From: an uncultured bacterium
GTDB taxonomy: Bacteria > Acidobacteriota > Thermoanaerobaculia > Multivoradales > JAHZIX01
Assembly: GCA_965368975.1 (NCBI GenBank)
Contig: CBDUPA010000004.1
Coordinates: 288,001-352,000 of the forward strand
Length of the DNA: 64,000 bases
Reading direction: 5' to 3'
Shown here: in pieces, positions 18,876 to 28,554 of the stretch
Layout of the letters: the number at the start of each line of letters is the position of its first letter
Numbering within the stretch: position 1 is the first letter of the stretch
The notes under the pieces: model-generated
Database searches by the model: none
Seen by the model: the letters and a program-made list of their open reading frames with translations, nothing else
Told to the model about the DNA's origin: nothing
Program-made: the position numbers and the translations under genes

Positions 18876-19043
18876 CTACTGAGCGTGGCACAGGATCTCG
18901 CCAATGGAGTTCCCGGTGCCACACTCCATGCCGGCGCAGTTGGTGACAGAGCAGTTGTTCGTGAAGGCACCGCCGCGGGCTAGTTGGAGCATTTTGAGGG
19001 TGTCTTTCTTCAGTTGTAGCTTGGTAAACGCTCTCTTCTTCAT
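18876..19043 (-). CDS. Putative lanthipeptide-like RiPP precursor 2 (55 aa, not in ORF track)
   Basis: GAGGAGGAG RBS; manual translation MKKRAFTKLQLKKDTLKMLQLARGG-AFTNNCSVTNCAGMECGTGNSIGEILCHAQ; leader homologous to precursor 1. Confidence 0.8.
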   Translation of the reverse strand: MKKRAFTKLQLKKDTLKMLQLARGGAFTNNCSVTNCAGMECGTGNSIGEILCHAQ

Positions 19044-19148
19044 CAGGGCTCCTCCTCAGGATGGATGAGTTTTCAGTAGAGAATGCAGCATCGCTCAAGG
19101 ATATATCGATGCCTTGGTTTAATGCCGCAATGGCGATGAGAAGGCAGT

Positions 19149-20195
19149 TTAGCATGTAGGAGTGCTTTTCCGCACTCGGCAGACGAAGAAGCCCTCCATT
19201 GCCGCTCCTGGCAGGAGTCGCAGTGCCCGTCGTAGGCGTGGATCGAAGATCTGGCCGTCCCAGCTGCTCAGGCCGCTAGCGACTGAATCCGGTGACGTAG
19301 CCGCGACATCGACCGGCACCTCCTCGACGTCCGCTTCAGGACGATGACGCAGTAGCCGATCCACCGGAGCTTCGTTCTCCTCCGGCGCGAAGGTGCACGT
19401 CGAATACACGAGCACCCCACCTGGCTTCAGCAGGTCGAACGCGACGGTGAGCATCTTGCTCTGGAGACGCGCATTCTTGGTAATGCGGGGAAGGGACCAG
19501 AAGCGCAGGCCCTGCGGATGCCCCAGATCGATGTGGCCTTCGCCGCTGCACTGGGCGTCGAGCAGAATTCGATCGAAGCCCAATGCCGGTAGTTCTGCGG
19601 GATCGAGGTACTTGTCGAGGTATTGCCCCGGATGCTCGGTGATGGTGGCGCAAGTGACGTTGAGCAGTTCTAAGACCTCACGCAATTTTTGTGCGCGTGG
19701 TTTGATGGCATCGTTGGCCCAGATCTGGCAGTCGTTCTCGACGATGGCTGCCAGATGCGCCGTCTTGCCACCGGGAGCGGCACAGACGTCCAGGATAGTG
19801 TCGCCGGGTACGGGTGCGAGTGCGAGTGCAGGGACAAGGCTGGAGGCGACCTGCAGGTAAATCTCGCCCTGTTCGAAGAGGCTGGATCCCGACAGTGCCC
19901 GCTTGTCGCCGTGCAACTGATAGGCATCTGGGCACCAAGGAATGGGCGTGAGTTCGACATCGTTCTGTCGAGCCAAGTGCTGCAGGTCGTCGACGATCTC
20001 TGCCGTGGGTCGAGCCGCCAGCCGGTTGATGCGCACACTGCGCCCCGGTGGTTTGGACAGGCGTGCCTCGCTCTCGCCTTGTGGCAAGCCGAGGATCTGG
20101 CTCAGGCGGTCGAGAAACAGGCGGCGAGGATCACTGGCTTTGGTGCCGCGTGTAGGTCGGCGAGACCTGCTGCGAGAGGAACGGGATGAAGCCAT
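19149..20195 (-). CDS. RsmB/NOP2 (RsmF-like) RNA m5C methyltransferase
   Basis: LDVCAAPGGKT, DRILLDAQCSGEG, YSTCTFAPEENE and GFFVC. Confidence 0.9.
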   Translation of the reverse strand: MASSRSSRSRSRRPTRGTKASDPRRLFLDRLSQILGLPQGESEARLSKPPGRSVRINRLAARPTAEIVDDLQHLARQNDVELTPIPWCPDAYQLHGDKRALSGSSLFEQGEIYLQVASSLVPALALAPVPGDTILDVCAAPGGKTAHLAAIVENDCQIWANDAIKPRAQKLREVLELLNVTCATITEHPGQYLDKYLDPAELPALGFDRILLDAQCSGEGHIDLGHPQGLRFWSLPRITKNARLQSKMLTVAFDLLKPGGVLVYSTCTFAPEENEAPVDRLLRHRPEADVEEVPVDVAATSPDSVASGLSSWDGQIFDPRLRRALRLLPGAAMEGFFVCRVRKSTPTC

Positions 20196-20233
20196 GACGG
20201 GGTCATCTTAAACCGCCACCATGGGACTGAGCC

Positions 20234-20716
20234 CTACTCGAAGAAGTTCTGATACTCCTCCAGGAGCCCGTGCACCTTCTGTGCACTGGCTAGTTGTCCA
20301 CTCTCTTGCAGTGAGCTCACGGCCGGCATATACGCTCCCAGGTACTTGTGCAGTTCGTTGTGTCCGGCACCGGTCATCGTGCAGCCCGCGATCAAGGCGT
20401 CGATATCTTCGCGCAGTGCAGCACCAAGGGCGGCCAACTCTTCCGGCGAAGCTTCTTCTTCCTCGAGGCCTTCGAACCTACCTGCCATGGTCGAGAACAT
20501 GGATCGGGTGTGGTCGTCCATGAGCCACTTCTCCTCGCCGTTGAGGGATAGGGCTAGCGGTGCAGCATCGGAGCTCGAAGGCGCTGCGTGGTCTTCGTGA
20601 CTCTCGTGGTCTTCGTGACTCTCGTGATGGGCGTCCGTGGCCTCATGGTGGCCGCCGCAGCCCACGATCAAGATGATGAGAGCTAGGCTGAGGCTGAGTA
20701 GCAAGGTTGCTTTCAT
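20234..20716 (-). CDS. His-rich lipoprotein, putative metal-binding
   Basis: Lipobox IVGC after hydrophobic leader (start ATG 20716); HHEATDAHHESHEDHESHEDH; CTMTGAGHNELH. Confidence 0.75.
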   Translation of the reverse strand: MKATLLLSLSLALIILIVGCGGHHEATDAHHESHEDHESHEDHAAPSSSDAAPLALSLNGEEKWLMDDHTRSMFSTMAGRFEGLEEEEASPEELAALGAALREDIDALIAGCTMTGAGHNELHKYLGAYMPAVSSLQESGQLASAQKVHGLLEEYQNFFE

Positions 20717-20786
20717 GAAGGTCTCCACTGGCTTGCGCGGATGTAGGTTCTCGTCGTTATGAGTGATCTGGCTGCATACGCTTCCG

Positions 20787-21095
20787 CTACCGCTCTGTCG
20801 GTGGCGTGTCCACGACGGTGTTCGCAAGGATCCCATGTGCCGTGACATCGACGGGCCGGTGCGTTACCTCGATCGAGGCGGGATACTTTCCGAGGAAGTT
20901 TCCGCCCTTCAGATCCTGCCGCGGCCGGATAGGGCGGGGCCAAAAACCGCCGCCACAATTTGGGCAGACATTCTTCAAAGCTCCCTCGACGCAAGACCTG
21001 CAGAAGGTGCACTCGAAGGAACAGATTCTGGCTTCTGTAGATTCGGGAGGCAAGGGGGTGTTGCAGTTTTCGCACGTCGGTCGAAGTTCAAGCAC
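20787..21095 (-). CDS. DUF1272 family Cys-rich protein
   Basis: MLELRPTCENC...ARICSFECTFCRSC...CPNCGG...RPIRP, the characteristic pattern. Confidence 0.9.
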   Translation of the reverse strand: MLELRPTCENCNTPLPPESTEARICSFECTFCRSCVEGALKNVCPNCGGGFWPRPIRPRQDLKGGNFLGKYPASIEVTHRPVDVTAHGILANTVVDTPPTER

Positions 21096-21289
21096 TGGAA
21101 TTCCTCAAAGCTGGATTAGGGACGTTGGGATCTTGCTTGCGAATCCGGCTGACGAACTTGCTTCTAGGTCCGTCCTGCCAGAGACGCATCGCTCTACGAA
21201 GACGCCAGCCAGAGTTCTGACCTTGCTGGCTGCTCAGGTCCATCTTAGACCGCAGGGCTCCGTGCTGGGTGATGCGGTAGAGTTGAGGC

Positions 21290-22072
21290 ATGGACGAACA
21301 GATCCGGGACCTGACGGTGGCCGAAGAGCCCTGCGTCTACCTCTCGGGTCAGCGAGCCCGGCTGCACTACCGCTACATCGAGGGCTGCCATGCCGAGACC
21401 TACCAGGAGATGTTGGAGCGGGGTTGGCGGCGTTTCGGACGGGGCTTTTTCCGGCCGGAGTGCCAGGCTTGCGCCGAGTGTCGCAGCCTGCGAGTGTGCG
21501 TCGAGGACTTCCAGCCAGATCGCTCCATGCGCCGCACGGCTCGCCGCAATCGAGACCTGCGGGTACAGCTGGCGCGGCCCGGAGTGACGCCGGAGCACCT
21601 CGACCTCTATCACCGCTACCACGCGGACATGAGCGAGCGGAAGCAGTGGCCGCGTTCGCGCTCGGGACCGCTGGACTACTTTCACACCTTCGTCGAGGGC
21701 TACGAGGAGTTTGGCTACGAGCTGCGGTTCCGTCTGCAGGACGAGTTGCTCGGCGTGGCGCTGGTCGATCTGCTGCCGCAGGCGCTGTCCGCGGTCTACT
21801 GCTACTACGCGCCGGAGCAGCGGCAGCGTGGCCTCGGTGTCTTCTCGGTGTTGCAGCAGGTGGCCCTGGCGCGGCAGCTACAAAGGCCTCGGGTCTACCT
21901 GGGTTTTCTGGTGGAAGGCAACGCCAGCATGCGGTACAAGGCGCGCTACCGTCCGTATGAGTTGCTGAGCGGCCGGCCGTCCTTCGACGAGGCCCCCACG
22001 TGGGCGCTACCCGTCGAGATGTGCGACGTTCCGGCGCCGGCCGCGCAATCCTCATCGGCGGAGACTTCATGA
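21290..22072 (+). CDS. Bacterial ATE1-like aminoacyl-tRNA-protein transferase (arginyltransferase / Bpt family)
   Basis: PCVYL, GWRRFG, RPECQACAEC, SAVYCYY, LGVFSVL, YLGF and MRYKARYRP. Confidence 0.92.
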   Translation: MDEQIRDLTVAEEPCVYLSGQRARLHYRYIEGCHAETYQEMLERGWRRFGRGFFRPECQACAECRSLRVCVEDFQPDRSMRRTARRNRDLRVQLARPGVTPEHLDLYHRYHADMSERKQWPRSRSGPLDYFHTFVEGYEEFGYELRFRLQDELLGVALVDLLPQALSAVYCYYAPEQRQRGLGVFSVLQQVALARQLQRPRVYLGFLVEGNASMRYKARYRPYELLSGRPSFDEAPTWALPVEMCDVPAPAAQSSSAETS

Positions 22073-23742
22073 CGCACAGTCCAAGCTCTTCTTCTCAGCG
22101 TTCCACACCCTCCACACCTGCCGCCCCTGGCGCCTCGGCGCGGCACCGGCGCTGGCTCGGTGGCGTGATCGTGGTGTTCTGGCTGCTCGTCATGGGCTGG
22201 TGGCTGTCCGGTCAGCTCGGCCGCACGGCTTCGCTGCCGGCCGGGGGTATCGCCGCGCCCTCGGACAGCTGGTACGGGCTCTACCTGGGAGACGTGACGC
22301 CGGACCAACTGGCTACGGCCGAGCGGCAGCAGATCGGTCGCTTGCATGTGGTGCAGGAGCCGGAGGAGCGCAGCGGAGAGGGAGGCCGGCCCGAAGAGGG
22401 CCAGCGCACCGAACTGACCGCTGAGCTGGCGTTGACCCTGTTCGGCGAAGCGACGCAGCTGCAGCTCGACGGGCAGCTGTGGCGGGCGCTCGATGGTGAA
22501 CCGGTGGAGTTGCGCTTTGCCTTGACCTCGCGCGGGCAGAGCACGAACGCCCGCGCCCGCGTGGCTGAAGGGCGGCTGCGGGGCACGGTGGAGACGGGTG
22601 GGGAAGAGACGCCGCTCGACTTTCCGGTCGACGGAGACCTGCTGCTGGCCGGCGGTTTTGGTGCGTCGCTGCAGTTGCCGGTGCCGGCCGTCGGCGAGGA
22701 GGTGCGGCTCGACAGCTTCGATCCGATGACGCTCGGTCGCGGCGAGGCAAGGCTGCGGGCGTTGCGTGTCGAGATGGTCGAGATCGATGATGAGCAGGTC
22801 GAGGCGACTGTGGTCGAGGTCACGACAGCAGGTCTCAGCTCGACCGCCTGGGTCTCGGCGAACGGTGACGTGCTGCGCGCGACGACTCCGCTCGGACTGA
22901 CGCTGGAGCGCATCGCCGCACCAGTGGAAGGTGATGTCGAGATCGCCAGCGGACCGGACGGCTCCCTCCTAGAGCTGACCGCGATCCGACCGACGGGGCC
23001 ACCTGAGGGGCAACGTGTCGAGCGCGGGATGCGGCATCTGAAGCTGCGTCTACGCGGGGCTGCCGAGGCGTTGGCGGCGATTCCCGGAGATCGAGTGCAG
23101 CGCCGCGCGGCGGACGGGCGGGAAGGCGTTGTCCTCGACATAACAGTTCCCAACATACCCGTGTCGTCGCCACCCAACGGCGAAAGCACGGCCGCCGCGG
23201 TGGATCCGGAGCCCGCCTGGCTGGCCGCCGCGCCTTTTGTGCAGAGCGACCATCCACGCATCCGTGAGCAGGCCGCGCGCATTCTCGCCGACGCCGGCGT
23301 CAGCGACGCCGATCCGTGGACGCGGGCGCGGGCCCTCGCCGACTGGGTCTATGCAGCGCTCGACAAGCGAGCTGTGCTCAGCGTGCCGTCGGCGCTCGAC
23401 GTGCTGGCCACGCGCGAGGGCGACTGCAACGAGCACACAGTGCTCTACACCGCGCTAGCGCGGGCGTCCGGCATTCCGTCGCGCATCGCGATTGGTCTCG
23501 TCTGGAGCGACGAGGCGCCTGGGCTAGAAGGAGAGGGTGGCTTCTACTACCACGCCTGGCCCGAAGTTCTGACCGCCGACGGCTGGCTGTGGCTCGATCC
23601 GACGCTCGGTCAGCCGCTGGCCGACGCGACCCACGTCAAGCTGCTCAACGGTGGCATCGAGACCTGGACCCGCCTGCTCCCTCACCTCGGGCGCTTGCAG
23701 ATCGACGTTCTGGAGGCAGAACTTCCGGAGACCACGCCATGA
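22069..23742 (+). CDS. Membrane-anchored transglutaminase-like domain protein
   Basis: N-terminal TM; triad motifs GDCNEH, YYHAWPEV and WLDPT; ATGA overlap with upstream gene. Confidence 0.9.
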   Translation: MTHSPSSSSQRSTPSTPAAPGASARHRRWLGGVIVVFWLLVMGWWLSGQLGRTASLPAGGIAAPSDSWYGLYLGDVTPDQLATAERQQIGRLHVVQEPEERSGEGGRPEEGQRTELTAELALTLFGEATQLQLDGQLWRALDGEPVELRFALTSRGQSTNARARVAEGRLRGTVETGGEETPLDFPVDGDLLLAGGFGASLQLPVPAVGEEVRLDSFDPMTLGRGEARLRALRVEMVEIDDEQVEATVVEVTTAGLSSTAWVSANGDVLRATTPLGLTLERIAAPVEGDVEIASGPDGSLLELTAIRPTGPPEGQRVERGMRHLKLRLRGAAEALAAIPGDRVQRRAADGREGVVLDITVPNIPVSSPPNGESTAAAVDPEPAWLAAAPFVQSDHPRIREQAARILADAGVSDADPWTRARALADWVYAALDKRAVLSVPSALDVLATREGDCNEHTVLYTALARASGIPSRIAIGLVWSDEAPGLEGEGGFYYHAWPEVLTADGWLWLDPTLGQPLADATHVKLLNGGIETWTRLLPHLGRLQIDVLEAELPETTP

Positions 23743-24464
23743 TCCACCTGCAGAGTCTGACCAAGCGCTTCGGTGCCAAGACGGCTGTCGACAATCTCGA
23801 CCTGCGCATCGACGAGGGCGAGTTCTTCTGCTTCCTCGGTCCGAACGGTGCCGGTAAGACCACCACCATCAAGATGCTCACCGGGCTCATTCACCCGACT
23901 GAGGGGCGCGCGGTGGTCGGCGGTTTTGACGTGCGTGAGCATCCCGTCGAGGCCAAGCGCCTGCTCGGCTACATCCCGGATCACCCCTTTCTCTACGACA
24001 AGCTCACCGGTCGCGAGCTGATGCGCTTCGTCGCCGGTCTCTACCAACTCGACGCCGCGCGCGCTGAGCAGCGCACCGAGGAACTGCTGGAGCAGTTCGA
24101 GATCCGTCACGTCGGTGATCAGTTGGTCGAGGACTACAGCCACGGCATGCGCCAGAAGCTCAGTTTCGCTTCCACCTTCCTGCACGAGCCAAGGGCGGTG
24201 ATCGTCGACGAGCCATGGGTCGGCCTCGACCCGAAGAACATCCACAGCGTCAAGGCCTACCTGCGCGAGCAGGCGCGCCACGGGCTGACGATCTTCATGT
24301 CGACGCACACGCTGAGCATTGCCGAAGAGGTCGCGGACCGCGTTGGCATCATCCACGGAGGCCGCTTGCGCCACGTCGGTACGGTCGACGAGATCAAAGC
24401 GCTGGCCGAGCACCCCGGCTCGCTGGAGGAGATCTTCCTGCGCCTGACGGAGGACGCCGCCTGA
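23739..24464 (+). CDS. ABC transporter ATP-binding protein
   Basis: GPNGAGKTT, YSHGMRQK, VDEP and STH; start ATG 23739. Confidence 0.95.
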   Translation: MIHLQSLTKRFGAKTAVDNLDLRIDEGEFFCFLGPNGAGKTTTIKMLTGLIHPTEGRAVVGGFDVREHPVEAKRLLGYIPDHPFLYDKLTGRELMRFVAGLYQLDAARAEQRTEELLEQFEIRHVGDQLVEDYSHGMRQKLSFASTFLHEPRAVIVDEPWVGLDPKNIHSVKAYLREQARHGLTIFMSTHTLSIAEEVADRVGIIHGGRLRHVGTVDEIKALAEHPGSLEEIFLRLTEDAA

Positions 24465-26194
24465 TGCGGCGACGCTGGGGCGGTCCACTGGCCGCCTTGT
24501 TCTGGGCCAAGCTGCGGCAGTCGCGCCATGCCATCGCGTCCGTGCGCCGGGAGTCGCGGCTCAAGGTGGCGCTGGTGTCGGTGTCGACGTTGCTGCTGTG
24601 GAGCGGTGGCTTCTGGCTCAGCCGCCGTGGTCTGCGCTGGCTGGACGGTATCGGCGGTGAGATTCTCGGTCTCGGCCGCGCCGACATCCCGCTCGATGAA
24701 CTGGTGCTGGCGCGGCTGCTGTCGCTGGCGGCGCTGGCGTTGCTCGTCTTGCTGGTGTTCTCGAACATCCTGGTCGCCTACGCCACCTTCTACCGCTCGC
24801 GCGAGGTGGCTTACCTGATCCATGCGCCGCTCGGTTGGCGCACGATCTTCCTTGGCCGTTTCGCCGAGTGCGTCAGTCTCAGTTCCTGGGCCTCCGCCTT
24901 CCTGGGTTCGCCGCTCCTGCTCGCCTATGGCTTGCACGTTGACGCGCCCGTCGGCTTCTACCTTGCCCTGCTCCTGGTCTACGTTCCCTTCGTCACCCTG
25001 CCGGCGGCAGCCGGGACTGCCGTCACGTTGATACTGGTACGTTGGCTGCCACGGTTGCGCGAGCGCGCAGCGCTTCTGCTCGCCGTCGCCGTACTGGCGC
25101 TCGGTGGCCTCTACGTGCTTTTCCGCACGCGACTGCAGCTGCCCGATTTCACCGGTGTTGCGACGTTGCCGGCCATCCTCGATCTCATGGGCAGCGGTCA
25201 GAGCGCCTTCCTGCCCAGTCAGTGGGCGGTCGACGCCGTGCTCGCGGCGGCGGCCGGAGACTGGATGACGCTGGCGGGGCGCTGGCTGTTGCTGGTCGCC
25301 AACGCCGCCTTCGTCGTCTTCCTGGTGGCCGAGCTTGCCGCGCGCTGGTTCCATCCCGGCTGGTCCGGTCTGATCGGCATGGATCGTCAACGTCTCAAGC
25401 CGCTGGGCAAGGGGCCCCTGGCCTGGTTCGAACGCGCTCTGTCGCCCCTGCCCGAGCCGCTGCGCTCGCTGCTGGTCAAGGACATCAAGCTCTTCTGGCG
25501 CGACCCGGCGCAGTGGACGCAATTCGTTCTCTTCTTCGGCGTCCTGATTCTCTACGCCGCCAACCTGCGCAGCACGTCGCCCGCGCTCGACCCTGAGCTG
25601 TGGCAGAGCCTGATCACCCTGCTCAACCTGGTCGTCTCGATGCTCATCCTGGCGACGCTCACGACACGCTTCATCTTCCCGCTGATCAGCCTCGAAGGTC
25701 GCCGCTTCTGGATCCTCGGCTTGGCACCGTTGACCCTGCGGCAGGTGGTGCGCCAGAAGCTGCTCTTGAGCGTCGGCCTGACCTCGACCTTCACCGTCGC
25801 CCTGATTACGCTTACCAGCCTGCGCCTCGGTCTCGACGCCGGCGCCATGTGGCTCAGCCTCTACGGCATCGGCGCCGCCAACCTGGCGCTCTCCGGGCTG
25901 GCCGTGGGCCTTGGAGCGCTCTATCCGAACTTCCGCGAGGACAACCCCTCGCGCATCGTCTCCGGTCTCGGCGGCACCCTCACGTTCATCCTCAGCATGG
26001 TCTTCGTTGTGCTCATGGGCAGCGTGTTGACGGTCTTGCTGCAGTGGCCCTTCCTGAGTCGCGTCGGCGGTTGGACGTGGCCCTACGAGCAGGTGCTGGC
26101 GATCGGTGTCGTGGTCGTCGCGGTGCTCTCCGGCGTCACGTGCCTGCTGCCCCTGCGCCTCGGCCTGCGACACTTGCAGCGCGCCGACTTCTGA
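24464..26194 (+). CDS. Putative ABC exporter permease (large polytopic)
   Basis: About 14 hydrophobic segments, KDIKLFWRDP and SLEGRRFW; TGATG coupling to the ATPase. Confidence 0.85.
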   Translation: MRRRWGGPLAALFWAKLRQSRHAIASVRRESRLKVALVSVSTLLLWSGGFWLSRRGLRWLDGIGGEILGLGRADIPLDELVLARLLSLAALALLVLLVFSNILVAYATFYRSREVAYLIHAPLGWRTIFLGRFAECVSLSSWASAFLGSPLLLAYGLHVDAPVGFYLALLLVYVPFVTLPAAAGTAVTLILVRWLPRLRERAALLLAVAVLALGGLYVLFRTRLQLPDFTGVATLPAILDLMGSGQSAFLPSQWAVDAVLAAAAGDWMTLAGRWLLLVANAAFVVFLVAELAARWFHPGWSGLIGMDRQRLKPLGKGPLAWFERALSPLPEPLRSLLVKDIKLFWRDPAQWTQFVLFFGVLILYAANLRSTSPALDPELWQSLITLLNLVVSMLILATLTTRFIFPLISLEGRRFWILGLAPLTLRQVVRQKLLLSVGLTSTFTVALITLTSLRLGLDAGAMWLSLYGIGAANLALSGLAVGLGALYPNFREDNPSRIVSGLGGTLTFILSMVFVVLMGSVLTVLLQWPFLSRVGGWTWPYEQVLAIGVVVVAVLSGVTCLLPLRLGLRHLQRADF

Positions 26195-26212
26195 GCCGGT
26201 CCCGCGAGGACA

Positions 26213-26279
26213 CGAACCCAGGAACATGTTTGCGGGACGCGAACCCAGGAACATGTTTGCGGGACGCGAACCCAGGAAC
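26213..26279 (+). repeat. Intergenic 27-bp tandem repeat, about 2.5 copies
   Basis: CGAACCCAGGAACATGTTTGCGGGACG twice plus CGAACCCAGGAAC; no spacers. Confidence 0.9.
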
Positions 26280-26363
26280 TCAGGGGATTGTGTCGCGCTG
26301 AGTCGGCGCGTATCCTTCGGGATGACAGTACATGACTTCCGTGTCTCGCTCCTGGAGGAACCC

Positions 26364-28553
26364 ATGCTCAATCTCAGCCTTTCCCCAGCCCTCGGCTCGT
26401 CCGGGCTCGATAGCTCCGTCGACGGCGGACCCGTCATCGCCGTGCTGGTCATGATCCTGGCGCTCGCCCTCGGTCTCGGCGCCGGTCGTGTCGCCAGTGC
26501 CAGCACTTCCGAGGTGTCGCCTTCGCCCGCCCACGTGGCCGATGCCGAGGTACAAGCCGCCATCGACGCGCTCGTTGAGCAGCACGGTGATGCCGAAGCC
26601 GAGCGCATCCGCCGCGGTGTCGCCCAGGTGCGCGATTTCTGGCGCCTGGGTGAGGATGGTGATGCCGATGCCTTCCGCGCCTTCGTCGAGGCCGAGTTCG
26701 TGCCCCAAGGCGAGCAGCTGGACGAGGTCTTCGAGCGCTTCGAGTTCGCCCTTGAACGGATCGACGGCTACTTCAACTCGATGGGCCGCGACCTCAGCCT
26801 GCAAGCCGATCTCGACCGCGGGCCTCTGCTGTCGCTCGACCATCGCCTGGCCGCCTACAACCCAGGTGCTCACGTGCTCGATGACATGTTCCAGAACCAG
26901 ATGGCCTTCATCGCGCTGCTCAATTTCCCGCTCAGCAGCCTCGACCAGCGCCTCGAAGAGGGCATGGAGTGGTCGCGTCGCCAGTGGGCCGAGGCACGCC
27001 TGGCGCAGTACTTCTCGAGCCGCGTACCGGCGTCGGTGAGCCAGCGCATCAGCCAGACCATGTCGGACGCCGATTCCTACATCAACGCCTATAACATCTA
27101 CATGCACAACCTGCTCACGGACGACGGCAGGCGTCCCTTTCCCGAAGGGCTGCGGTTGATCAGCCATTGGGGGCTGCGTGACGAGCTGAAGGCGCGCTAC
27201 GCCGACCCGCAGGGTCTGGAGAAGCAGCGCCTCATCAAGACCGTCTTCGACCGCATTGTGCGCCAGGAGATCCCCGCCGCCGTGGTCGACAATCCGAGTC
27301 TGGACTGGAATCCGGTGACCAACGACGTACGGGTTTCGGCGTTGCAGTCCGAGGATCGGCTAGATGCCAAGGTGTCTACGGCGCGCGAGCCGGACACGCG
27401 CTACCAGCACTGGCTGGGTATCTTCCAGGCCGTCCGCCTGGCTGATCCCTACTACCCCGGTGACATGACCTTCATCGATCGTCGTTTCGAACGCGGTCGT
27501 GAGATCCCTGAGGCAGAGGTCCAGGAGCTGTTCGAGACGCTGCTGGCTGCGCCGGTGGGTAAGCAGGTTGCCGAGCTGGTCTCCCAGCGCCTCGGCCGAC
27601 CGCTCGAACCCTTCGACATTTGGTACACCGGCTTCAAGCCCGGTGGTGGTTACCCTGAAGAGCAGCTCGACGAGGTCACGGAAGCGCGCTACCCGAGTGT
27701 CGACGCCTACGCCAAAGACATGCCGCGCCTGCTGCAGGATCTTGGTTTCACCGAAGAGAAGGCTCAGTTCCTGGCCGAGAACATCGTCGTCCAGCGCTCG
27801 CGCGGTGCCGGGCACGCGCTCGGCGCGGCTCGCCGCGACGACAAGGCGTACCTGCGCACCCGCGTTGCCGGTGAAGGCATGAACTACAAGGGCTTCAACA
27901 TCGCGGTGCACGAGATGGGGCACACCGTCGAGCAAGTCTTCTCGATCACTACGATCGACCACACCCTGCTCGAAGGCGTCCCCAACACCGCCTTCACCGA
28001 AGCGCTGGCCTTCGTCTTCCAGGATCGCGATCTCGAGCTGCTCGGCCTCACCGAACCGGACGCCTCCGCTGAGCACTTTGCCGCGCTCGACAACTTCTGG
28101 AACAGCCGCGAGATCATGGGCGTCGCCCTGGTGGACATGGCCGCCTGGAACTGGCTCTACGAGCACCCGGAAGCCACGGCCAGCGAGTTCCGCGACGCCG
28201 TCCTGACCATCGCGCGCGACATCTGGAACCGCTACTACGCGGACATCTTCGGCAGCCGCGACGAGACCCTGCTGGCGGTCTACTCGCACATGGTCGACGG
28301 CGCCATGTACACCCCCGACTACCCCCTCGGTCATGTCATCGCCTTCCAGATCGAGAGCTACTTCCGCGGCTCTGACAAGCCGCTCGGCGTCGAGTACGAG
28401 CGCCTGTGCAAACTCGGTCAGATCACTCCGGATGCCTGGCTGCGCCAAGGGCTCGGCGCCCCGCTCTCCGTGCAGCCCCTGCTCGACGCCAGCGCCGAGG
28501 CGGTCGAGGCTCTGAGTGGTTCGGGTGAGGTGACCGCCGCGGCAGGAAACTGA
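26364..28553 (+). CDS. Exported gluzincin-type zinc metallopeptidase-like protein (M2/M3/M32-like fold)
   Basis: GGAGG RBS before ATG 26364; hydrophobic N-terminal segment; AVHEMGH with downstream NTAFTEALA; later H...YTPDYPLG. Confidence 0.7.
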   Translation: MLNLSLSPALGSSGLDSSVDGGPVIAVLVMILALALGLGAGRVASASTSEVSPSPAHVADAEVQAAIDALVEQHGDAEAERIRRGVAQVRDFWRLGEDGDADAFRAFVEAEFVPQGEQLDEVFERFEFALERIDGYFNSMGRDLSLQADLDRGPLLSLDHRLAAYNPGAHVLDDMFQNQMAFIALLNFPLSSLDQRLEEGMEWSRRQWAEARLAQYFSSRVPASVSQRISQTMSDADSYINAYNIYMHNLLTDDGRRPFPEGLRLISHWGLRDELKARYADPQGLEKQRLIKTVFDRIVRQEIPAAVVDNPSLDWNPVTNDVRVSALQSEDRLDAKVSTAREPDTRYQHWLGIFQAVRLADPYYPGDMTFIDRRFERGREIPEAEVQELFETLLAAPVGKQVAELVSQRLGRPLEPFDIWYTGFKPGGGYPEEQLDEVTEARYPSVDAYAKDMPRLLQDLGFTEEKAQFLAENIVVQRSRGAGHALGAARRDDKAYLRTRVAGEGMNYKGFNIAVHEMGHTVEQVFSITTIDHTLLEGVPNTAFTEALAFVFQDRDLELLGLTEPDASAEHFAALDNFWNSREIMGVALVDMAAWNWLYEHPEATASEFRDAVLTIARDIWNRYYADIFGSRDETLLAVYSHMVDGAMYTPDYPLGHVIAFQIESYFRGSDKPLGVEYERLCKLGQITPDAWLRQGLGAPLSVQPLLDASAEAVEALSGSGEVTAAAGN

Positions 28554-28554
28554 C

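Noticed and set aside
18587-19043. These peptides as substrates of the rSAM at 33.6-35.1 kb
   Set aside because: Their leaders are basic with a GG site and unrelated to the acidic leader of the rSAM-adjacent precursor; they have no CxxF motif.
26213-26279. CRISPR array
   Set aside because: The repeats are directly adjacent with no spacers, and no cas genes are in the window.
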